Source: an uncultured Chloroflexia bacterium (GTDB taxonomy: Bacteria; Chloroflexota; Limnocylindria; Limnocylindrales; CSP1-4). Taken from it: a DNA stretch of 64,000 nt. The notes under the pieces are model-generated. The model made no database searches, was not told the DNA's origin, and was given only the letters and a program-made list of their open reading frames with translations. The stretch's first letter is position 1. Each line of letters opens with the position of its first letter. The stretch lies in assembly GCA_963712745.1 (NCBI GenBank), contig CAVQJC010000001.1:64001-128000 (forward strand). Direction: 5' to 3'. This document shows positions 34,476-42,309 of this stretch, one piece after another. Position numbers and translations under genes: made by a program.

Positions 34476-35387
34476 TCAGGCCAGGTGCGGCGCGGTGACC
34501 GGATCAAGGGGGATGCCGGCGGGGTCGAAGCGGCCGATGAGCCGGTCCATGGTGACGACCTCGCCTGGTGCCGCCAGGTCCAACGAGCGGGCGATCCAGC
34601 CGACCACATCGGCGATGGGCACGCCGGCCGCCCGAAGCTGGGACAGCGTGACCGCGCCATCGCGCTTGGAGAGGCGCTCGCCGGCATCGTTGAGCACGAG
34701 CGGGACGTGCAGGTAGTCGGGCGTCGGATACCCCAGCAGCCGCTGCAGGAGGACCTGGCGTGGTGTCGAGCTGAGCAGGTCATCGCCGCGCACGACCTCC
34801 GACACTGACTGGGCGGCATCGTCGACCACGACCGCCACGTTGTAGGCGGGCGTGCCGTCGTTGCGGCGGAGCACGAAGTCATCGACACCGCCTGACACCC
34901 GCCCAGCCACGGCGTCGACGAACTCGACCCGTTGACCATCGGCACGCAGACGGAGAGCCGGAGTTCGGCCGGCCGCTCGCAGCTCCTGTCGCCGTCGTGG
35001 ATCGAGATCCCGGCAAGTGCCGGGATAGGCGTCGGGCGGCAGGTGGGGTGCACTGGGAGCGCCTTCGATCTCGTCACGGATCTGGCGCCTGGTGCAATAG
35101 CACTCGTACACCAAGCCGTCGGCCCGGAGCTGGTCGATGGCCGCCTCGTAGAGGGGGAAGCGGACGGACTGGCGGATGGGCTCGCCGTCCCAGTCAAGGC
35201 CGACCGCAGCCAGATCGGCGAGCTGGGTCTGCTCGTGCTCCACGCCGGACCGCTGGCGGTCGAGGTCCTCCACACGCACGAGGAAGGGCCTGCCGGCCGA
35301 GCGCGCTGACAGCCAGGCCACCGTCGCGGTGCGGAGATTGCCCAGGTGGAGCTCCCCTGAAGGCGATGGCGCGAACCGACCTGTCAT
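34476..35387 (-). CDS. gluQ: Glutamyl-Q tRNA(Asp) synthetase
   Basis: RFAPSPSGELHLGN, CYCTR, VVRGDDLL, RLSKRDG; lacks anticodon-binding domain. Confidence 0.93.
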   Translation of the reverse strand: MTGRFAPSPSGELHLGNLRTATVAWLSARSAGRPFLVRVEDLDRQRSGVEHEQTQLADLAAVGLDWDGEPIRQSVRFPLYEAAIDQLRADGLVYECYCTRRQIRDEIEGAPSAPHLPPDAYPGTCRDLDPRRRQELRAAGRTPALRLRADGQRVEFVDAVAGRVSGGVDDFVLRRNDGTPAYNVAVVVDDAAQSVSEVVRGDDLLSSTPRQVLLQRLLGYPTPDYLHVPLVLNDAGERLSKRDGAVTLSQLRAAGVPIADVVGWIARSLDLAAPGEVVTMDRLIGRFDPAGIPLDPVTAPHLA

Positions 35388-35524
35388 GTGCCTATTCTGT
35401 GCGGCGCGCGAACTCGTGGCCTATGCGCGTGCCCGGACTGGCGAATCTCACCCGATCCGGCGGAAAGCGTGAGCGGACAGCGGGGCGCAGAATGGGGGCC
35501 AATCCCCACCTAGAAAGGAAGACC

Positions 35525-35983
35525 ATGACCGAAAGATCGATCGACGAGCTGGGGCCCGTCGATTACCTGATCGTCGAGTTCCCGGCCGGGCAGCAGAACT
35601 TCACCGGCGAGGGCGCCGACGAGCTGCTCAAGCTCCATGACGCCGGCATCATCCGCCTCATGGACCTGGTCATCATGATCAAGGCCGAGGACGGGTCAGT
35701 GGACGCCATGGAGCTGTCCGATGTGCCGGACCTGGGCGACTTCACCCGCATCGAGGCGGAGCTGGCTGAGACCCTGGCAGCCGACGACGTCATCGAACTC
35801 GCGAGCGTCATGGAACCCGGCAGCGTCGCCGCTGCCATCGTCTATGAGAACCTCTGGGCCGCGCCCTTCGCCTCCGCCCTGCGTCGCGCCGGTGCCCGGT
35901 TGGTCGCCGACGGACGCATCCCCACCCAGGACCTCATCGCCGCGGTCGAAGCCGACGCGGCACTCGAAGCAGAAGGAGCCTGA
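35525..35983 (+). CDS. DUF6325-like protein
   Basis: LGPVDYLIVEFP, IRLMDLV, VYENLWAAPFASALRRAGARLVADGRIP. Confidence 0.75.
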   Translation: MTERSIDELGPVDYLIVEFPAGQQNFTGEGADELLKLHDAGIIRLMDLVIMIKAEDGSVDAMELSDVPDLGDFTRIEAELAETLAADDVIELASVMEPGSVAAAIVYENLWAAPFASALRRAGARLVADGRIPTQDLIAAVEADAALEAEGA

Positions 35984-35984
35984 A

Positions 35985-36164
35985 ATGCCGCTCAGACCGT
36001 CCCGCGTCGCCAAGGCCGCGGTCGTCACCTCGGTCGCCAAGCCCGGTCCCTCGCCGGTAGCCAAGGCCGCCGTGGTCGGCGCTGCCGTCAAGCCCGGTCC
36101 CTCTCCGGTAGCCAAGGCCGCCGTGGTCGGCGCCGTGGTCACTCCGGGCCGGCGCCGCTTCTAG
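35985..36164 (+). CDS. Small basic protein with 17-aa tandem repeats
   Basis: AAGGAG RBS; VAKAAVV..KPGPSP x ~3 (51-bp repeat). Confidence 0.65.
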   Translation: MPLRPSRVAKAAVVTSVAKPGPSPVAKAAVVGAAVKPGPSPVAKAAVVGAVVTPGRRRF

Positions 36165-36426
36165 CCACTCCATCCGCGAGTCATCGCGACCTCGACGACC
36201 CCCTCCCGCCGGTCGGGCTGGGGGTCGTTCCATGTACTCGACATGCCCGACGGTGGTGCCCACATCATCCGAACAGGGTGAAAGCCGAGGTACGGACATC
36301 CCCCGAAGTGAGGGAACATGGCTGCGGTCTCACCGCATGGGTGCTCGCTGAGAACGTGCGTACCCAAGGAGCCGGACCGGCAAAGGGCGTTGGGCCTCAA
36401 GCTCGGCGACCAGATAGGGAGGCACG

Positions 36427-36692
36427 ATGCCAGGACGAAGAGGACCGGGACGCGGACGAGGACCTGCCCAGTCGCACGGGGGATGCGACGTCGTCGCCGT
36501 CGTCGACGGGTGCTGGTCGGCGGCATGCTCGCTTTCGGCGCCTACAAGATGGCCAAGTCCCAGTCCGAGCAGATCCAGCAGCGCAACGGTGTGGATCCTG
36601 AGGAGATGACCGACCAGGAACTGGGGCAGGCGATGGACGAACTCGGCATCGAGAAGCAGCAAGTCACCGACGCGGACCAGGACGCCGGCTAG
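36427..36692 (+). CDS. Small Arg-rich/acidic protein (frameshift ~36465)
   Basis: GGGAGG RBS; MPGRRGPGRGRGP then in another frame VARGMRRRRRRRRVLVGG...PEEMTDQELGQAMDELGIE. Confidence 0.55.
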
Positions 36693-36779
36693 GGCTAGAC
36701 ACACCTGCTCCCGACCGAAACTCGGGGTATCCGCGCCGACCTGTTGTCGGTACCATGCCTGCACAGAGGGAGGTGGTTC

Positions 36780-37109
36780 GTGATCCTACTCGGGTGTCTC
36801 GTCGCATTCGGAGCCGCGGTCGCGCCGCGAGTCATTCTCATCCTGGCCTGGATCTTCAGCGAGCGCTGGGCCCTGGTGTGGGAAGGCCAGGTGTTGGCGC
36901 CCCTGCTTGGGATCATCCTTCTTCCCTACACGACGATCATGTTCATGCTCGCCGTGACCGTCACACCGACCGGCATCACCATCGAAGGCTTCGCCTGGTT
37001 GTGGCTCGCCCTGGGCCTGTTCCTCGATCTGTGGAAGTGGAGCGCCATCGTCGCCAATCGCCAGGTCGGATACCAGTACGGGAGCTCTATCTACAAGAGC
37101 CAGCAGTAG
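36780..37109 (+). CDS. Small multi-pass membrane protein
   Basis: GGAGG then GTG; APRVILILAWIF, LGIILLPYTTIMF, WLWLALGLFLD. Confidence 0.75.
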   Translation: MILLGCLVAFGAAVAPRVILILAWIFSERWALVWEGQVLAPLLGIILLPYTTIMFMLAVTVTPTGITIEGFAWLWLALGLFLDLWKWSAIVANRQVGYQYGSSIYKSQQ

Positions 37110-37335
37110 CCCAGGGCCGCATCGGCGTTGGCGGATGGTGGCCGAGCTCGAGCCTGCGTCACGCCTCGGTGTGTCGCGCCCGCTGCGGACTCGGCCTGGA
37201 CATGCGCCGTCGGGACAGCCGCGCCGTCGCGCTCGCCTGGTTGGTGCAGGGGCGTGGCGTGGTGAGCGCGCGGGATGTGGCGTACCGTCTGGCCCATCCG
37301 CGCATACGCAGCGCCCGCTGGTGAACGGGAGGAGT

Positions 37336-37382
37336 TGGCTCCGGCAGTAGGATCCGAACCTGCGACCGATCGGTTGAAGCCG
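37336..37382 (-). other. Degenerate 3' half of tRNA-Asn (candidate att site)
   Basis: Minus strand CGGCTTCAACCGATCGGTCGCAGGTTCGGATCCTACTGCCGGAGCCA: anticodon-arm remnant, T arm, CCA end; no D arm or 5' half. Confidence 0.7.
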
Positions 37383-37751
37383 CCCGCTTCGACGGTCTTG
37401 CGAGCGACCGGTCCGGCTACCTTGGACCCCGATACTTGCGGGGTCGTTCATCGGCGTGCGCGACGACTCATTACTGCTCCTCGGGTACCCCCGGCCGCGC
37501 CTCGAACATTGGCGACCGCAAGCACAGGGGAGGCTGGCGCCCTGGGCGCGTCGATGGTGACGGGTGGCAACACCTAGCGGGCGTCACTGGCCCCCTCGGC
37601 CACTCTCCTCGATACACTCGGACTCCCTGTTTGTGTACCCGCCTGCACCGGACTGGACCGATCGCACCTTGGCGTCCCCAGGCAGGTGGTCGGCCAGCCT
37701 GCCGCCGATGTTCGGGTGGCGCCAATCGAGGGTGCCGCAGAGTCGAGGAGG

Positions 37752-38426
37752 ATGGGCGTTGTGGGGGACCAAGCACGACCTGACGAGCTTCGCGGGAGTC
37801 GACCTGGTGACCACTTGGTGCCCGATCCAACTCGCCACCAGCGCGGCCAGGCATTGGCCGAGTTCACCCTGGTGGTCCCGATCCTGCTGCTGCTTCTGCT
37901 GACCGCCGGAGACTTCGGGCGCTTCTTCGCTGCGGGCATCACCGTCGAGTCGATCACTCGCACCGCGGCCGAGTACGCGGCTCGCGAGTACCTCCGGGAG
38001 GAAGCAGCGGCCGGAGGCGCGCCGCTGAGCGCTGCCGCCTATGCCAGAGTGCATGCCTACGCGTGGGAAACCGTGTGCGAAGAGGCGGCAGGACTGCCGG
38101 GCGTCGCGACTGGTAGCCACGGCGACGAGTGCTCGGGCATACCCACCGTGGTCTGCGTCCACGACCTCTCAGATCCCGACTGCGCCAATGGCTACAACGA
38201 TGCCGGCGGTATCCCGCCAGATTGCGCGAGCCTGCTTCCGACGAACCGCCCCACGAGCACCATCGGCGGCAGCGAAGCAAGTCGCTACGTGGAGGTCCGG
38301 GTCTGCTACCCGTTCTCGACCCTCCTCCCGGTGGACGGCATCACCTCGGTTGGCGGCCCCCTGGCTCCGCTCTCCGGATCTTTCTACATCGAGCGAGAGC
38401 GGGCATTCGTCGTGGTGGACTACTGA
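37752..38426 (+). CDS. TadE-like minor pilin
   Basis: GAGGAGG RBS; prepilin motif RGQALAEFTLVVP plus TM; Cys-rich C-terminus. Confidence 0.85.
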   Translation: MGVVGDQARPDELRGSRPGDHLVPDPTRHQRGQALAEFTLVVPILLLLLLTAGDFGRFFAAGITVESITRTAAEYAAREYLREEAAAGGAPLSAAAYARVHAYAWETVCEEAAGLPGVATGSHGDECSGIPTVVCVHDLSDPDCANGYNDAGGIPPDCASLLPTNRPTSTIGGSEASRYVEVRVCYPFSTLLPVDGITSVGGPLAPLSGSFYIERERAFVVVDY

Positions 38427-39130
38427 TGCGCAACTCACAGACTGTTGCTCGCGCTCGGTCCCGACGCGGACAGGTGCTCGTTGAATTCGCGCTGGTCATC
38501 CCTATGGCGGCCTTGGTAATCTTCGGGATCATCAGCCTCGGACTGTGGGTCTTCTACCAGCAGCAGGCGACCAACGTCGCGCGCGAGGCCGCCCGCTATG
38601 CGGCAATCCACAGCTCAGAGGCGGTGTGCCCGACGTCCTCGTGGCGAGACCCTCAGGCGCCGCCGCAGTCGTATCGACCGTTCCCCCTGCATTGCGACGG
38701 CCCGGCCAATCCAGCCGACCCATATCCCTGGCCGCGCATGACTGACCACGCCAGGGGCTTCGTCTGGGGCACGGATCCCGAAGAGGTGTTCGTCAACGCT
38801 TGCTGGTCTGGCTACCGCCGCCCCGGCTCGGACCCGTCGGCAAACGCGGACTGGCCAGCGGCCGAGTCTGATGGGGCCGGCGGCGTGCAGTTGAACACGT
38901 ACGAGCCGTGCACGATCGCCGGCCTCGACCCCGCCACGCAGGGCGGGGCACTCGGGTGCGACTACGGTTTGACATCTCCGAGCGACGACAGCGGTAGCGA
39001 CATCCCGGGCAACCAAGTGACGGCCTATGCGTGCTTCGCGTGGTCCCCACCGATGGCCGGGTTCCTCTTGATCCCCGAGAGTGTCGTCATGAAAGCGGTA
39101 GTGACGGAGGTCATACACGATCAGCAATGA
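38426..39130 (+). CDS. TadE/TadF-like minor pilin
   Basis: RRGQVLVEFALVIP, VAREAARYA; TGATG coupling. Confidence 0.87.
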   Translation: MRNSQTVARARSRRGQVLVEFALVIPMAALVIFGIISLGLWVFYQQQATNVAREAARYAAIHSSEAVCPTSSWRDPQAPPQSYRPFPLHCDGPANPADPYPWPRMTDHARGFVWGTDPEEVFVNACWSGYRRPGSDPSANADWPAAESDGAGGVQLNTYEPCTIAGLDPATQGGALGCDYGLTSPSDDSGSDIPGNQVTAYACFAWSPPMAGFLLIPESVVMKAVVTEVIHDQQ

Positions 39131-40692
39131 ACGCACGACGCCGGCCCCATTCCGATCCACAGCGCGCTCGTGGGCAGACATTGCCGATCTTTGCGCTGGG
39201 GCTGGTCGCTCTCCTCGCCATCACGGCCCTCGTCGTCGACGTCGGCTTCGTCTTCATGATCCGGCGCCACGAGCAGAACGCGACCGATCCCGGGGCACTG
39301 GCTGCGGCCCGCTACATCCCGACTGGCAATCGCTCGCAGATGTGGGCCGGGGCGTGCTCCTATGCCCTTCGGAACGGGTTCCATCCCGCGCGAACCGACA
39401 ACGGTGCGCCCTGTGACCCGACCGGTGTGGTCGATGACTCCACACTGACTGTCAATTGGCCGCCCGGGCAGTCCGCGGGTGAGTACGCCGGGAGCCCTGG
39501 TTACGTCGAGGTCATCGTCACCCGTCCGCACCGAAGCTTCTTCGCTGGGATCATGGGGATGCCAACCTTCACGGTTTCAACAGGCGCTGTGGCCGCGTTC
39601 GACGAAGGGACCGGTGGCTCCAGCTCGCTCGTGTCGCTCTCACCGAAGGGTTGTCCCGGCGAAGCCGCCGCGAAAATCAACGGGGGTGGCGGCGATGGCG
39701 GGATCTACATCTTCCCAGCGGCCGGTGTCACGGACCCGGGCGGCTACATCCAGGTCAACTCGCCGTGTGGCGCTCCGGCCAATTCCGGAGACGACGCGTG
39801 CATCGGGAGCCAAGCTGGCTTCATCCTCAACGGCGGAGCGGAGGTTCATGCACCCGCGTTGTTCGTCCAGGGATCGTGCGGCCAGTCGGGCGCGGCGGGC
39901 ACGGTCGACATCGATACGATCGACGAGGGGGCCTCGTACGTGGGCGACCCACTGTCGCTAGTCAGGCCACCTGACCCAGGTGACCTCGTGACCAGGGAGT
40001 GCCCGGGGGCGCCAGCCGGTCAGTCAGGGACCGCGGGCAACCCTCAAGCCTGCAGGCTCAAAGCAGACGCGACGTTGTCGCCCGGAACGTACTACGGTGG
40101 GTGGGACATCACGAAGCCCGACACGACAATCACGCTCGAGCCCGGAATCTACGTCATGGCCGGCGGGGGAATCAAGCAGAACGGCGGTTCGCTTACGTCG
40201 GCCAGCGGTCGCGTCCTCATCTACAGCACGGACGCGCCGCTGTTCCGAACCAGCTGCCTGGCTGGCGGGGGAAGCCCCGCCCAGTGCCAGGATGACATCA
40301 TCCTCAACGGGAGCGGTGCACTGAGCCTGCGCGGGCTGGACCGCGATTCCCCGTGTCCGCCGTACAGCGGACCCGCCGGTTGCCCGTACGGGGGGATGCT
40401 CGTCTGGCAGGATGGGTCGGGCAGCGGCGCCCACACCGGGAGGGCGGACATCGACATCGGTGGTGGTGCGAGCCTCGACATCGAGGGCACGATCTACTCG
40501 GCCGGGGGTCACGTGGACATGCTCGGCAATGGCGTCGGAACGGGTTGCACGCCCGACACCGACGGGAACACGAACTGCGCGGCAGTCCAAATCATCGCCG
40601 ACACATTCCAGGTGGGTGGGGCTGCAGTCCTCGAGATGCCATACGATCCGGATGACTTCTATCACCTGACGCTGAAAGGCTTGGTGCGCTAG
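39127..40692 (+). CDS. TadG-like pilus protein, Gly/Cys-rich
   Basis: RGQTLPIFALGLVALLAITALVVDVG..QNATDPGALAAA; ends GLVR; ATGA coupling. Confidence 0.85.
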   Translation: MNARRRPHSDPQRARGQTLPIFALGLVALLAITALVVDVGFVFMIRRHEQNATDPGALAAARYIPTGNRSQMWAGACSYALRNGFHPARTDNGAPCDPTGVVDDSTLTVNWPPGQSAGEYAGSPGYVEVIVTRPHRSFFAGIMGMPTFTVSTGAVAAFDEGTGGSSSLVSLSPKGCPGEAAAKINGGGGDGGIYIFPAAGVTDPGGYIQVNSPCGAPANSGDDACIGSQAGFILNGGAEVHAPALFVQGSCGQSGAAGTVDIDTIDEGASYVGDPLSLVRPPDPGDLVTRECPGAPAGQSGTAGNPQACRLKADATLSPGTYYGGWDITKPDTTITLEPGIYVMAGGGIKQNGGSLTSASGRVLIYSTDAPLFRTSCLAGGGSPAQCQDDIILNGSGALSLRGLDRDSPCPPYSGPAGCPYGGMLVWQDGSGSGAHTGRADIDIGGGASLDIEGTIYSAGGHVDMLGNGVGTGCTPDTDGNTNCAAVQIIADTFQVGGAAVLEMPYDPDDFYHLTLKGLVR

Positions 40693-41017
40693 GCACGGAG
40701 CCTGACGAACAAGCTCACACATCGGGCTCCCATGCTATGGCTCCGGGGCGGCGCCGGCAGGTCTTAGGCGCTGAAGAACAAGTCTTCCCGGCCTCGGAGG
40801 AGCCCACGAGGCGCTATTGCGGCATGCGCCCCGCAACCAGAGACGAGGCCCGCTCCGCCTAATCACCGCGGCGCAACCGCGCGATGCGGCCGGCCTCCTC
40901 GATCAGGCGCTGTCAGCCGAGATCTCGTCAGTCCCGGGTCCCGAAAACGGGGTCGTTGGGAGTGACACCAAGTCGCCCAAACAAGGAACCACGCGGGGAA
41001 AGTGGCTCCGGCGAGAG

Positions 41018-41356
41018 TGTCTGAGTTCGCGACATAGGTGACGACTGATGGGCGACTGGTGAGTCGGGACATGCGTGGCAGTCGGGCGCGTGTCGACGCA
41101 CCGGGTGGCCGTCCTCAGGATCGTCACAACGCAGTCGTCCGTCACCGCCGCCGCAGCCGAGTACGGGCTCAGTCGGGGACACCTGCACCGTCTCTTGCGT
41201 CGGTACCGGGGCGGCGGGCTCGACGCCCTCGAGCCCCGGTCACCATTCGCCTGGCACCTCGAGCGAGAAGGACTCTCGGTCCCAACGACCTCGACCATCC
41301 GGCGCATCCTCCTCGCGGCGGCCCTGGTCGTGCCGGCGCCGCTCGGTCTCGGCTGA
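41018..41356 (+). mobile_element. IS481-family remnant (left end plus deleted transposase N-terminus)
   Basis: End TGTCTGAGTTCGCGACATAGGTGAC; VTAAAAEYGLSRGHLHRLLRRYRGGGLDALEPRS..STIRRIL; no DDE domain. Confidence 0.75.
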
Positions 41357-41503
41357 TCGCCATGATCATGCCATGGTGTGTACGCCGTCGCTGATTCGTG
41401 CCATCCCACCCGAGACCGCACCTTTGGGCTGCGCGGGAGTCTGTCGGGTCCGGGGCCCTTCCGTCGGAGCGTAGAATCGAGGCGCAACTGAAGGTACGCC
41501 ACC

Positions 41504-42247
41504 ATGGAAGATCGCCGCCGCCGCCTTGACCCAAACCAACGGGGGGCTCGGTCGTCCATGCGGGACCGCTCGCGATCGCGGACCATGGATGCATCGCCTG
41601 GGATGAGCGACCTTCCACCCCGCCCCTGGCAACGACCCCCGCAGCTTCAGCACGGGCACCACGACAATGCCTTCGGGGATGCCGAGTCCACGGGAGCCCT
41701 GCTCGCCCGCTTGGCGGCTGCCCGTGACTGGGCGGACCGACCGGCCACCCCCACGCGGCGCCCGTGGTCAGGCACACCTGTCGGCATCGCGTTCGACTGG
41801 GCCCACGATGCCGCGGTGGCGTACCTGGACCTGCTGGACCATGTGGTGGCGGACCGCGTCATCACCGCTGCCGAGGTGTGCAGGCTCAGGCAGTGCGCGA
41901 CTGACTGGGGCCTCAGCGCCCTGGAGGCCGCCTGCCTGCATCGCGGCTATGTCGCGAGGGCGTGGGCACGCGCCTGTGCCGACGCGACCGTCACACCCGC
42001 CGAGCTTCGAGACATCGAGATGCTGGCGGAACTGCTGGGCGTCCCGATCGAGGTCCGGCGACAGGTCGCCCGAGGTGGCACAGGTGCGCGCTGGGTCGCC
42101 GTGCCGATCGAGGTAGAGACGGTCGCGTCCGGCCCGGCACCATGGTCTGCCCCGGCACCATCCCGCGACGAAGTCAGTCACGGCGTGACCGCCGGCCAAG
42201 GCGACGATGTGGCTGCCCGACCGATTCGCGTGCACGAAGGGCGGTGA
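41504..42247 (+). CDS. Hypothetical protein with TerB-like helical repeats
   Basis: YLDLLDHVVADRVITAAE...ACADATVTPAELRDIEMLAELLGV; start uncertain. Confidence 0.5.
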   Translation: MEDRRRRLDPNQRGARSSMRDRSRSRTMDASPGMSDLPPRPWQRPPQLQHGHHDNAFGDAESTGALLARLAAARDWADRPATPTRRPWSGTPVGIAFDWAHDAAVAYLDLLDHVVADRVITAAEVCRLRQCATDWGLSALEAACLHRGYVARAWARACADATVTPAELRDIEMLAELLGVPIEVRRQVARGGTGARWVAVPIEVETVASGPAPWSAPAPSRDEVSHGVTAGQGDDVAARPIRVHEGR

Positions 42248-42309
42248 CGCCACCGGCCCGATCTGCCCGAGCCAGTCGACGCGATGCCGCACTGCCATGA
42301 GCACCTGCC

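Noticed and set aside
34422-34808. C-terminal part of ORF 33681-34808 as a real domain
   Set aside because: Read-through antisense to gluQ after the truncation point
37560-37750. c-di-GMP riboswitch upstream of the Tad genes
   Set aside because: No GEMM consensus elements recognisable by eye; an Rfam scan would settle it
40738-40790. TGGCTCCGG match to the tRNA end and an IS-end-like GCTGAAGAAC
   Set aside because: Matches of 9-10 bp in GC-rich DNA with no supporting partner sequence
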